Assembly: GCA_032718475.1 (NCBI GenBank)
Contig: JAUCBJ010001241.1
Location: forward strand, 6,485 to 70,484
Direction of reading: 5' to 3'
From: Nemertoderma westbladi
Taxonomy: Eukaryota > Animalia > Xenacoelomorpha
Length of the DNA: 64,000 nt
A program made the position numbers and the translations under genes. Below are positions 48,833 through 61,693 of the stretch, in pieces; position 1 is the first letter of the stretch; every line of letters begins with the position of its first letter. The notes beneath the pieces were generated by a model. The model did no database searches and was not told the DNA's origin. It worked only from the letters and a program-made list of their open reading frames with translations.

Positions 48833-51750
48833 AAACCCTGTGACCTAAGTGCATCGTCAACCCAACCGACCCTGTACCCCAAGTGCATCATCAACCCAAC
48901 CGACCCTGTACCCTAAGTGCATCATCAACCCAACCGACCACGTGCCCTACGTGCATCGTCAACCCAACCGACCCTGTGCCCTGAATGCATCATCAACCCA
49001 ACCGACACTCTGCCATAAGTGCATTTTCAACCCATCGACCCTGTGCCCTATGTGCATCGTCAACTAAACCGACCCTGTGCGATGATAGCATCATCAACCC
49101 AACTGACCCTGTACCCTAAGTGCATCGTCAACCCAACCGACCATGTGCCCTATGTGCATCGTCAACCAAACCGACCCTATGTGCTGAGAGCATCGTCAAC
49201 CCAACCGACCCTGTGCGCTGAGAGCATTGTCAACCTAACCGACCCTGTACCATAAGTGCATCATCAACCCAACTGACTCTGTGCCCTAAGTGCATCATCA
49301 ACCCAACTGACCCTGTGGCCTACGTGCATCGTCAACCGAACCGACCCTGTGCCCTAAGTGCATCGTCCACCCAACCGACCCTGTGCCCTAAGTCTATCAT
49401 CAACCCAACCGATCACGACACCCTATGCCCTAAGTGCATCGTCAACCGAAACGACCCTCTGTGCTGAGAGCATCGTCAACCCAACCGACCCTGTACCCTA
49501 AGTGCATCATCAACCCAACCAACCCTGTGCCCTACGTGCATTGTTAACTGAACTGACCATGTGCCCTGAGTGCATCGCCGACCAAGCCGACCCTGTGCCC
49601 TAAGTGCATCATCAACCAAACCGGCCCTGTGCCCTGAGAGCATCATCAACCCAACTGATCCTGTGCCATGAGTGCATCGTCAACACAACCGAATGTGTGC
49701 CCTAAGTGCATTGTCAACTCAACTGACACTCGGCCCTAAGTGCATCGTCAACCCAACTGACCCCCAACTGATCACGACACCCTATGCCATAAGTGCATCA
49801 TCAACCAAACTGATCATGTGCCAGAGTGCATCGTCAACACAACCGAATGTGTGCCCTAAGTGCATCCTCAACACAACCAACCCTGTGCCCTGAGAGCATC
49901 GTCAACCCAACCGACCACGAGACATACGTGCATCGTCAACCCAATCGACCCTGTGCCCTAAGTGCATCATCAACCCAACCAACACTCTGCCATAAGTGCA
50001 TCATCAACACAACTGACCCCCAACCTATCACGACACCATATGCCCTAAGTGCATCATCAGCCCAACCGATCCTGTGCCCTACATGCATCATCAACCCAAC
50101 CCACCATGTGCCCTAAGTGCATCATCAACCCAACCGACCATGTGTCCTAAGTGCATCATCAACAGAACCGACCCTGTGCCCTGAGAGCATCATCAACCCA
50201 ACCGATCCAGTGCACTAAGTGCATCGTCAACTCAACCAACCATGTGTCCTAAGTGCATCATCAACCCAACCAACCCTGTTCCCTAAGTGCATCGTCAACC
50301 GAACCGACCCTGTGCCCTAAGTTCATCATCAACCCAACCGACCCTGTGCCATAAGTGCATCATCAACCCAACCAACCCTGAGCCCGGGCATCGTCAACCC
50401 AACTGACCCTGTGCCCTAAGTGCATCATCAACAGAACCGACCCTGTGCCCTGAGAGCATCATCAACCCAACCGACCCAGTGCACTAAGTGCACCATCAAC
50501 CCAACCAACCATGTGCCCTAAGTGCATCATCAACCCAACCGACACTCTGCCCTAAGTGCATCATCAACCCAACTGATCCTGTGCCATGAGTGCATTGTCA
50601 ACACAACCAAATGTGTGCCCTAAGTGCATCCTCAACACAACCAACCCTGTGCCCTGAGAGCATCGTCAACCCAACTGACCATGAGCCCTACGTGCATCGT
50701 CAACCCAATCGACCCTGTGCCCTAAGTGCATCATCAACCCAACCACCACTCTGCCATAAGTGCATCATCAACCCAACCGACTACGAGCCCTACGTGCATC
50801 GTCAACCCAATCAACCCAGTGCCCTAAGTGCATCATCAACCCAACCAACACTCTGCCATAAGTGCATTATCAACCCAACCGACCCTGTGCCGTGAGAGCA
50901 TCGTCAACCCAACCGACCATGAGCCATACGTGCATCGTCAACCCAATCGACCCTGTGCCCTAAGTGCATCATCAACCCAACCAACACTCTCCCATAAGTG
51001 CATCATCAACCAAACCGACCATGAGCCCTACGTGCATCGTCAACCCAATCGACCCTGTGCCCTAAGTGCATCATCAACCCAACCAACACTCTGCCATAAG
51101 TGCATCATCAACCCAACCGACCACGAGCCCTACATGCATCGTCAACCCAATCGACCCAGTGCCCTAAGTGCATCATCAACCAAACCATCCATGTGCCATG
51201 TGAGCATCGTCAACCCAACTGACCCTGAGCCCTATGTGCATCATCAACACAACCGACCATTTGTCCTAAGTGCATCGTCAACCAAACCGACCCTGTACCC
51301 TAAGTGCTTCATCAACCCAACCGACCCTGTGCCCTACTTGCGTCATCAACCCAACCGATCATGTGCCGTACGTGCATCGTCAACCCAACCGACCCTGTGC
51401 CCTACGTGCATCGTCAACCCAACCGACCCTGTGCCCTATGTGCATCATCAACCCAACCGACCCTGTACCCTAAGTGCATCATCAACCGAACCGGCCCTGT
51501 GCCCTGAGAGCATCATCAACCGAACCGACCTTGTGCCCTGAGAGCATCATGAACCAAACCGATCCTGTGCCCTACGTGCATCGTCAACCGAACCGACCCT
51601 ACCTTAAGTGCATTGTCAACCAAACCAACCCTGTGCCCTAAGTGCATCGTCAACCCAACCGACCATGTGGCCAAAGTGCATCGTCACCCAACCGACCACG
51701 ACCCTGTACCCTGAGTGCATCATCAACCCAACCGACCATCTACCCCAAGT
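48833..51750. repeat. Diverged 34-bp minisatellite (~85 units) with 102-bp higher-order repeat
   Basis: Consensus AAGTGCATCATCAACCCAACCGACCCTGTGCCCT; a trimer (CACTCTGCCATAAG / GAGCCCTACG / AATCGACCC variants) recurs at 50650-51170. Confidence 0.95.
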
Positions 51751-52642
51751 CATATCATATTTCACATGTATAAGCTGTTAAAACATATATTGAAATGTTG
51801 TTTATTGTTATTGCGCTATTGTTTGTAATAAGACTTCAATACCTAACTGGTAAACTATTTTACTTCTGCAATCCATTCACTGGTAATTCTACTATAATTT
51901 TGTATTTTTTTTTACAGTACAAACTAGTACAACTTTCAACCAATTTTGAGATTATTTAAAAGATGTATTCCCCAATGAAATGGTAAAGGAGTACTTGGAA
52001 CTTAGAATTCTTGAACTTCAAGCAAAAAATTTTATTTCTTTTCCGGCAGTATTTTTTTGTTCTAAACAACTTTTTGTGGTCCAATATAGAGTTAGTTTCG
52101 ATAAACTACCACAACATGGCAACGTAACATATTGTGGGTTGGGAAAGTTTGACCCCAGTGTATATTGAAAGAATCCCCCCCCCCCCCCCACCCCCCTCCA
52201 ATCAAGAAATTAAAACTTTAGCTAGGCCTACCGTGATAAATAACTTCACTCTTGAAAACCACCATATTGTATATGATCGACACGCCCAGATATAGCAATG
52301 TAAAGTGAGTTCAGGCTCAATGTATAATGTAGATAAATTAAGTATATTGATATTTTAGAGTTTGTATATTAGGCACTCTGAATATATATATTCCATATGT
52401 TAAAAATAATAAAGTAATAGGAACGCATTTTTAACAACCATGTTCAAAATGATCCAAAATAATATATTCATATGTTTTTTTATATTCCATATGTATATGT
52501 ATCTCCAGGACACCCACAGGCGCCGCAAGGAGTATTTTAACAGTACCCGAGGTTACATTTAATTGGTTTTTTATTTGGTTTATGACGGAAATGTCTTCAA
52601 TTTATTTAAAGATTTGTAATTGTTTTATATAATCATAATTTT

Positions 52643-52903
52643 TGCAGCAGCTTGGTCTAGTGGTGACATTACTGGGCTTCCGATTAGGGTGCCCTGGTTC
52701 GATCCCTAGATGGGGCAGCACTGTTTGGGCACAGTTCTTTAAATGCTGCAGCCTATCCCAACCCCGGCTTTCATCCTTCAGTGGTCGATAAATGGGAACC
52801 AAGGCAACTTGGGAAACAGAGTGGAAGGGTTTACTGTGGAAGATCACCCATGGTGGTGAACAGGCATTCCTTGGCTTAACGAGCCTAAAAGATTCTCCCA
52901 TTC
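52643..52903 (+). mobile_element. Full-length tRNA-derived SINE with 14-bp TSD
   Basis: A box TGGTCTAGTGG and B box GGTTCGATCCC. Central GCTTTCATCCTTCAGTGGTCGATAAATGGGAACC resembles a conserved metazoan SINE core. TSD ATAATCATAATTTT at 52629-52642 and 52904-52917. Confidence 0.88.
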
Positions 52904-53599
52904 ATAATCATAATTTTCTTAGTAAATAAAGTTATATTTGCTGTAGTAGTGTGTGCGCATAGGTATTCCACGAATGTGATGCTCAGTCGATCATTTTTAG
53001 CAGCATGAATCAGCAACATCAGATAGTTATTGATTCAAGGATTTATTCCCAGAAACACATTCACTCTTTGGTGATTCTCTTTGATCTCAAGACAAACATT
53101 CGATCGACAGCGTTTGGCAGTTACATTTCTACATTGAGTTTGAAAGACATAGTTTTAATGAACGAAACATTGAATGTCAATACTACACTTCAAGTTTCAA
53201 AACATCAGTGAATTATTTTATAAATATAACATTACTGAGATGTTAGAATCGACAACAGCGTCATAACCGCATCCTGCTTCTCAACACTTCAACACTACTC
53301 TGGCCTACACTACTTAGTGGTTATCAGTACTAAATAAGTGAATGCACCCTTCAATGTGTACCTTTTTAGCTCCAAATATTTTACAAATTTATATATATTT
53401 AGTTGGTAGAATAATTCAGTAGTACTGAATATCATGTCATTGTAGCCAAATATCAGAAATCTTACTCCAAGTAATGTTTACAGGATTAATTGGTTCCACC
53501 GTTTACCATGTTTTGTAAATGTTTCAAGTGGAGGTGAAATTTCCAAAAGAACCCAAAGAACCAATGACGAATTTCTCTCATTATAACTGTCACCATAAA

Positions 53600-55618
53600 A
53601 TAAACATTAACTCATCAGTTCGTTGTTATACAATGAAAAGTTACTGTATTATTCAGTGGCGTTGCAACCTTGACCTATTTGGCTGTATTCATTGGGAGAC
53701 AAATAGACCGAGACCTTGAGATAATAATAGAATTCAGCAGTCCTCAGCCCCTCCTCGAGCTGTTTTTCTTTCCTCGTGTCGCTCTATTAATGCGAAGGTC
53801 GCTCTCCTATGACGGAAGAACTGATCCACAATAATTAGAGCTAAATCTCTTCATCGGGAACACCTCAGAAACATGTCATAATACTTTTCCGTTCCAAGAG
53901 TTCTATTAATCTCACCTTGATATCGGCACATTGCGAGGGACGTACACTGGAGAACGGCTTATTGCACTCATCATTAACTTTTCTTGATGAACCCACTCGA
54001 GCTTGTATGATAGGAATCTACTGCTACTTAGGGTTGTAAGAGACAGCAACATATCAACTAATCAGCAGCATAATTATAGCATATTGTCTTGTCATCATTT
54101 TTCACCCAGATTGGGCTGCAAGTCCATTTACTAACAACAGGGGGGGTTGATGGATTTTGTCATATCATATTTCTTTTGCTGTACAATTTACAAATTCCAC
54201 GTCAGCATGGAGTGCGATTAGCAACAAAATTTTACTTATGGTTCAAATACTGAACCGAACAATAATGGTTAGAATATTTCCCTTGTTATTTGCAATAAAG
54301 TTGAATTATTAGACGAGATATGCAATGCAACCTGGAAATTTCTACCTTCATCAATAATCCATAAAACCAAAATGCTGCTGGTTATATTTATATTCAATTG
54401 CTTTATCACTATTGGTCGTCCATTCCGTAACAGTCAGTCAAGTGCATGAAAAATATAGGATTAAAGAGCGTGGGAAAAATACAGGTACTTAAAATTTAAG
54501 GAAAAATTATTCCGTATTTGGCTGTCAGTTCTTTCACTGCCATTTTCAACTTTGTCAGTCGAGCTTTAGACAAGTACAGAAAACGTAACTTGCTACAGAT
54601 TATAAAGATAATCTGAACTTTCACGTTCGGGTCAAGTCCTTTATGTCTTTGCCATTCCTTCCCTTTCGTGACATATATGGTGGTGTCGATGACTTAGTGG
54701 AGGACGCTCCACTAACTGTCGATGTAGAACAGAGCGTGGAGTATTACGAGAAGAATTACATTGGGCGACAACTAAGTAACGGTAAAGGGTCAGTCTCATG
54801 TTTCCCACTAGCCACTTGGAACGTTATTGGCCGTGTGTTTGAATATCTTCCGCGGACCTACAACGCAGTTGAGGGTGGACATTGTGCGACTAGCACATAA
54901 CGTCAATCTTGTACATTCAAATCTTTGGAAGCTTATTGAAGGACTCCAACGTGAAGATGCCCATTCTCTAACTCAGTTTATTCACTTGTCAAGAGGTGAT
55001 GCAACAGCAGTGAAAGGCAGCGCCATGACGCGAGAAAAGCGCTTGGCTGCAACGATTACTCGTTACGACAGGGAGGATAAACTTCCCTTTCTGAGAATCA
55101 TTGGCCACAACTCCAAGGTTGTTTCTGATGGGTCTGATTAGGTACAGAGAATTGTACCAAGCAAGATAATAATACTTGGGTAATATCTACTTTTAAATAT
55201 ATACCGGTACAGAGTTCATATTACTTTATATATGTTTATACCATATGCCTATATCTGTATATATTAAGAATTATAGCTTATTTAATAATTAACTATGCAG
55301 TATTGATACGCAGCTAATTAATTTATAATTAAATTTACAATCTTGTTATTTGAGTAGTGCCCAATTAATAATTATAGTATTAAATATTTACAGAGTTTTA
55401 TGTCTACTTTTAAATATAACTGAAGTTTGTTAACCAATAATTATCAACATCTTCCCATTCGGGGGGGGGGGGGGGGGGAGTGTCCGAGGGGGAAGTGTCC
55501 TACTTGCACGGGGGGAAGTGTCCGGGTGGGAAGTGTCCGAGGGGGAAATTTCCGGGGGGAAGTGTCCGGCTAGAAGTGTCCGGGGGGGAAGTGTCCGGGG
55601 GCAGAAGTGTCCGCACAT
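53600..55618 (+). mobile_element. Decayed Mutator/MULE transposon with repeat-rich right end
   Basis: Transposase C-terminus YYEKNYIG...FPLATWNV...PRTYNAVEG.H...HSNLWKLIEGLQRE (54640-55140), a C.F.F.Q-like block near 54535 and a possible FLYWCH-like QWRC near 53655. Tandem GGGGGAAGTGTCCG subterminal repeats at 55460-55612. Confidence 0.8.
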
Positions 55619-55626
55619 CGATGATG

Positions 55627-55760
55627 CGGATCTAGGACACTTCCCCCCGGACAGTTCCCCCCGGACAGTTCTCCCCGGACACTTCCCCCCGCTCATGTAG
55701 GACACTTTCCTCCCGGACACTTCCCCCCGGACACTCCCCCTCCCCGGACACTTCCCCCCA
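55627..55760. repeat. Opposite-orientation MULE-type subterminal repeat block
   Basis: GGATCTAGGACACTTCCCCCCGGACA... tandem units, the reverse complement of the 55460-55612 units. Confidence 0.8.
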
Positions 55761-55835
55761 GTTGTTAAAGTGTTAAAATTAATCTGGCATCAAAGCAATA
55801 AACAAAAGTTAAAGATGGTTACAGGACAAGTTGTA

Positions 55836-56357
55836 TCTAGTCAAGTTTTTTCAAAATCATAAAAGATAAATTTTTTATAGTCAAATTTTGTTTGTTTTTC
55901 TTTTTATTGGGGGCTGCCGCCCCCAAAGCCCCGCTTCTTTTATTAGGGCTGCCGCCCATAAACCCAGGCATTTCCCTGTGTGCCCGAGGTGAAAGACCGT
56001 GGGCTCGAATAATACTTGGCACAGTAAGTACTTCTTTGTTAGTTGGCCTTCCTATTGAATGCATTACCAGGCCATCTCTATACATTTTTTTCATGAGTGC
56101 CAGCTGGTCTTTTTATCATTGCGCCTATGGCGATTTTCGTGTTTTGGGGCTATTTTTCGAAATAAAACAAGTTGAGATGTTTCAATTTAAACCGCGATTT
56201 CACAAGTACCCATAGAAATCTATTTTCATGGTTCATGCAAAATTTCATCAAAATCGTTAGAGCCGTTTTTGCTCTAGGTCAGTAGCCAGTAGTCAGTAGC
56301 CAGTAGCTTTTTTTTTCTTACATTACAGTAATCAAGTCTAACGACTTGCTAAAAAAA
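55836..56357 (+). mobile_element. HINE/DINE-like non-autonomous element
   Basis: AAATTTCATCAAAATCGTTAGAGCCGTTT core, CAGTAGC microrepeat, and 3' hairpin CAAGTC-TAAC-GACTTG followed by an A run. Confidence 0.45.
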
Positions 56358-59213
56358 TATGTAATGCTAAACACAGAATACAGCAATACAGGTCGACGCA
56401 TGTCGATTTTCCCCTGGAGAGGTATAATCAATAATATTCATTCCCATCTGCTACAGTTTGAAGTAAACAATTAGATAACAATACCAATAATTAAAACAAT
56501 TAATTAATACAATTCTATAGTAAAAAAAAACAGTATATCATTCGGGGGATGGAATTTATAGGTAATCTAATTAATTGTTGAAAGATTAGCGAACAATACA
56601 ATGTAATTCCATTGATAAAATCCATAAATAAAGAACAGTGCGAAATTAAGAACAGTAGGGGGGGGGGGGGGGACGTTAATCTTCGTCCAAGTTCATCCAG
56701 GAACAATACCGGTAGTGTCTGACCCACCCAAAATAACTCAGTCTGCCAAACACTTTCCCAGTTGGACGATTTCCTCAAGTCCGATGCCAATCAGAAGCGA
56801 AGTAAAGTGTCATGTCCAAAGGGGATTCCATACATTTATCGGTCGCACCACCACCATTGGGGTGCATCACCGACGACTTCCTCTGCAATGTAAACATCGG
56901 AAAATTCGCTAGCAATAGCAGCATAGGTTCTACTGCAGCTCGGGATAAATTTACCTTCAGAGACGGTGAATTTCCAGGTGATTTTAGATTATTCCCCAGA
57001 TCTCTGAATTAAAGATCTCAGATAAGGACAGTAAATTTCCACTGACTCCGATTTTTATATCATTTGTTCACGCGTATGACGATTAAACGATTATTATGTA
57101 GGGTCAGCCATAAATAAAGTAATACAATTTCCTGGTTCGACATAAAATCCATTTAATTAGGCCCCCTGGCTCAGCGTAAATTAGGTAAACTTCAACAATA
57201 AGAATTATAAGAGGAAATAAAAGAGCTTTATTACATCGATTATGAATTCGTATTTATATCATTTCAAACTCATTGATTTGGGTTTTGTGCGTAAAATAAA
57301 ACCTTCTTTTTTAATCAAACCAAAAATCCATTTCCAGTTGTACTGTTGTTGTAGATACACCATGCATTGTAATTGGAGAAATTAAGAATCCATGCGGTCT
57401 ATTATTCCCCTCGAATCCATTAATATATCTACAAATAATATGGGCTAGTTTGATTTAACCTTCCTTTCCTTTCATTGCTATTTTGAAAGTAAATTGGTAA
57501 TTTAGCAAATGGAATTAATGATAAAATTAACACAATGGCAGCTGCAACGCTGTATTTATATGAATACAGATAGTAAAATGCATTGATTATTTTCTTATGA
57601 ATTGAGGCTATTTCCTACTGTTATTAACGCAGTTCCTTTGAAACAGTGAATCTGAAATAGAAATATTATTATTCGAAAAAAATTGGCTTCGACTTACTGT
57701 AGGAGGGTGCTTCATCTGGGATCAAGTAAAGCCAGATAGGATACTCCTATAGATGCATTATTGATTTCTATTACTGTATTATGTATAAAGGAGTCATGGA
57801 GGTAAGTGAGAGGTATCCACTGTTAGGACAATGATTTCAATAACGTTATATATTTGTTTCTAGCTTAATCAATTGTGTTTTGATGATATGATTTGTATTA
57901 GAAACCAATAAATTTGTATAATATATCAAAGTAGGATCAGCATATTTATGAACCCAGTAATAAAACAGTAATTTTATTTTGTTGTGATGATTTTTATTCT
58001 TTCATATTAATAAATAATTAGATTTTTCTAACTGTATAACATCCACATTTAACAATAAATCAAGATTATATTATCAGGACGAACTAATTGTAACATATCT
58101 ACTGTACTTATAAACAAGTTATCGTCTCCTCCGGAACACTTATCAATAATTCTTGGTCTTTATTGGTCTTATGTAGGTCTTTGTCTAGGGTTTATATGGT
58201 CTTTATTATAAGTTCTATGTACAACAGGGCGTACGCTGCTGAATCATTAATATATGAGATTCTGTTTTGGGACTAACTATGTTTCTATCTATAGTCGGTA
58301 TTCAATATTGCGCCACGGCCACGCAATGCCCTAACACAATCTATTTTTTCTGGCTTCCACCTCGTGCAAAAAAAAGAAACTACTACCTAGTAAACTAATA
58401 TATCACGTATTATTTAAAATATAATAGGACGTTTATTTAGTATGTTTTGTGCATTTTATGTCCATATAATAATCTGCTTGCGTAAAGGAATGTTTGTAAA
58501 TTTCCATAATTTCGAATATTTCAGCATCACCTTTAATTAACATCAGACGCGCAGTAATCATCGAATATTTAAGGTTATCTTTAGGATTATTAGTAAAAAT
58601 CCACTTACCATGTAATTATTTTTGAATTACTTATTTTATGATAGTTAAAATACAAACACCAAATTACATTATTGTATTACTTACTGCTTTCTCTCTTAGG
58701 CAACTATGCAAAACTCAATAATACCAATTTTTGTTGTAATATTTAATCAACTCAGAAAATTCCTCAATGGATGTCAAAGATATGTTTGTGGCATTGAGGT
58801 CAACCCAAGTTTTCTTGACCTGGATTCAATTGAATGTACTTAAAAGGCAATAAATCAGCATGTTGCTTTCTTAGGCCTCCAGTAGGCTGAACTACCCACC
58901 AGCACTCACCCATCTACGGTACTAAGGTATAAGCAAGCATCTCAGTGCCGCAGTTCAACGCTCAGCAGATACAGTAAACGATCTACCACTCAGTGTGAAG
59001 TTAATAAGGTTTCTCATCCTATTTGATTAATGGCATTTACTTAGCCTTCTTTATCTCGATGCATACCCTTGAGGAAATATATTGGGAATAATTAACCACT
59101 TATCTCTCTATAGCCAGTAGTTGATGCTACATTTAAATAGCAACTGGGGGGAAGTTTGACCTTTAGCAAAAGGTGTGAAATTATAATTCGCTCTGATATT
59201 TTATTTATTTTAG

Positions 59214-59392
59214 GATGGAGGATCAAGCAGTAAGATCGAACTGTCGAATATTAATATGGAGGAAGCTAGTGATCACTCAGGGGATGTTAGCAGTTGTGTC
59301 GATGTCGATGATTCAGCTAGGCAAATGCGTAAGGCAAATGTAGCCGTCAAACAAATTCTTTGCGATACACCATCTATCACATCAGTAAACAA
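59214..59392 (+). CDS. Internal coding exon of a host gene
   Basis: Acceptor TTTTATTTATTTTAG; open reading DGGSSSKIELSNINMEEASDHSGDV...QILCDTPSITSVN; donor AA|GTAAGT; 179 bp, ends in phase 2. Confidence 0.75.
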
Positions 59393-59460
59393 GTAAGTAC
59401 CGTTCGTGGTTATTAAATTGTGCCCAGCTTAGTTTTTGAATAGTTTTTGTCTAACATTAG

Positions 59461-59626
59461 ATGCAGCATAGCAGCAGTGTTCGTCCAATCGCACCACGAA
59501 ACAGGAAGAGTTATGCGTTTAATGGACACCAGACCGCAATCGAGATATTTAGCAGTAGTTTCCGCTGTATCAAGTGATATGTATTCCCAAGTGCAAATAC
59601 AGGAGCGGATAACACAAACAGAAGAT
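59461..59626 (+). CDS. Next coding exon; weak similarity to Slingshot phosphatase N-terminal domain
   Basis: 68-bp intron with CTAAC branch site and TAG acceptor; phase-compatible with the previous exon. Reads KCSIAAVFVQS...RYLAVVS...TED; donor GAT|GTAAGT. Confidence 0.75.
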
Positions 59627-60192
59627 GTAAGTATCTTACCCTTCTTTTTATTACCACCCTTCATTCGTACTTTGATGAATTGAATCTCATGGGGGAGAGC
59701 CATAAAGATGAGCACTAGCTATTCTGGCTCCATAAACTTTGTACGAACTGCTATAGGTTGAGTTTCGTAATGCGGTGCGGATCAGAGAAAGGCCGCGTGC
59801 TCCGATCACTGTCATTGGATATTGAAGAAAATAAAATGCATGTTTTAACATGTTTAAAGTCCATAAATTGTTTCATAAGTTTTTTTTATGCTTTTGGAAT
59901 ATACTAACAGCTGTATAATATATAATTTATTTGTATGTTCGTGACGATTTGTACGTATTGCTGCTATTTTATATATCTACCCTATTTGATATAGTGATAT
60001 AGCTTAGAATATTTATTTTTGCTTGGGTGAGTTATTAATATAATTTTAATTTTCTTAAATTTGCAACCATTTGGAAGAAATGTTTGATAACAGCAGTAAG
60101 CATTGTAAGAGGGAAGAGGGGCAACAACTACCCCCATTCCTTTCCTCGGCGAATTATTGAATTCCGAACTACTAATAGTAACTAACCATACC

Positions 60193-61005
60193 GGTAAACA
60201 AATATAGTAAAAATATTAATACATATGTAAACAAATCCAGTAAAAATATCTATACATTTGTAAACAAATATAGTCAAAATATCTATACATATTTAAATAA
60301 ATATAGTAAAAATATCTATACATATGTAAACAAATATAGTAAAAATATCTATACATATGTAAACAAATCCAGTGAAAATATCTATACATATTTAAACAAA
60401 TATAGTAAAAATATCTATACATATGTAAACAAATATAGTCAAATTATCTATACATATGTAAACAAATATAGTAAAAATATCTATACATATGTAAACAAAT
60501 CCAGTAAAAATATCTATACATATGTAAACAAATATAGTCAAAATATCTATACATATGTAAACAAATCCAGTAAAAATATTTATACATATGTAAACAAATA
60601 TAGTAAAAATATCTATACATATGTAAACAAATATAGTAAAAATATCTATATCTAAATAAATATAGTAAAGATATCTATAAATATGTAAACAAATATAGTA
60701 AAAATATCTATACATATGTAAACAAATCCAGTAAAAATATCTATACAAATGTAAACAAATATAGTAAAAATATCTATACATATTTAAATAAATATAGTAA
60801 AAATATCTATACATATTTAAATAAATATAGTAAAAATATCTATACATATGTAAACAAATATAGTCAAAATATCTATACATATGTAAACAAATATAGTCAA
60901 AATATCTATACATATTTAAATAAATATAGTAAAAATATCTATATCTAAACTAATATAGTCAAAATATTTATATATATGTAAACAAATGTAGTAAAAATAT
61001 TTTTA
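60193..61005. repeat. 33-bp AT-rich minisatellite (~24 units)
   Basis: Unit GTAAACAAATATAGTAAAAATATCTATACATAT. Confidence 0.95.
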
Positions 61006-61030
61006 CAAATCATTTGAACTAATTAAAAAC

Positions 61031-61530
61031 TAGGGATGTGCCGGATTGACTATTTTCAAACCGGCCAGGCCGGAGCCGGATTTGTAAAAAAAATCCGGCC
61101 GGAATTCCGATCAAAGACGGATTTTTTATATATTACCACTTTTTTTCCTTGAATCAGCTATATGGTACCTTTATGCATGAACGTAACTGGAGGGAGGACG
61201 TAATTTGATCCTTTGGGCGTTAGGTCCTGCGTTGATTGATAACGTGCTGATCAGCAAGGTCATGATTAGGAATTTGACTTTATTAATATAACAGTATGAA
61301 TTCAGAAGTAGATAAGTATGTCAAATATCCCAACTAAACGGGACGAGAAGAGCGTTTCCTAATTTACAAATTCTTGTACATGTATATTTAGTATCACCAG
61401 CGTCTTCAAATTATTCAGAGAGAATATTTGTAGAGGCTGGTAATTTATTTGATGAGAACCGCTCTCGTCTACTTCCGGATAGTAGAGAGAAACTAATATT
61501 TTTGTACCATAACCTACGCCGATTTGATAT
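61031..61530 (+). mobile_element. Internally deleted hAT element (left end plus dimerisation domain)
   Basis: TAGGGATG terminus with CCGG subterminal repeats; 61355-61516 translates FPNLQILVHVYLVSPASSNYSERIFVEAGNLFDENRSRLLPDSREKLIFLYHNL (hATC). Confidence 0.85.
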
Positions 61531-61693
61531 TTGATATAATGGATTGATTTGATAAATAAATTACAAATGGAAAAATAAAACGAAGAAATAATAGCTGTAG
61601 TTTTTTTATGCTCTCTGGGATAAATTGGATTTACTAGAGTTTCTAAATTGCTTGTCGAATATATAAACTGATCATTCACGGTTGTAAGCTTAA

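Noticed and set aside
48849-51541. Cys/Pro/His-rich repeat ORFs
   Set aside because: The 34-bp unit cycles through all frames with frequent TAA/TGA; no splice or start context.
13120-51750. CRISPR-like appearance of the regular arrays
   Set aside because: Units are head-to-tail with no unique spacers; no cas genes; eukaryotic context.
60216-60913. MYRYFYYICLH repeat ORFs
   Set aside because: 33-bp AT-rich minisatellite with frameshifting units.
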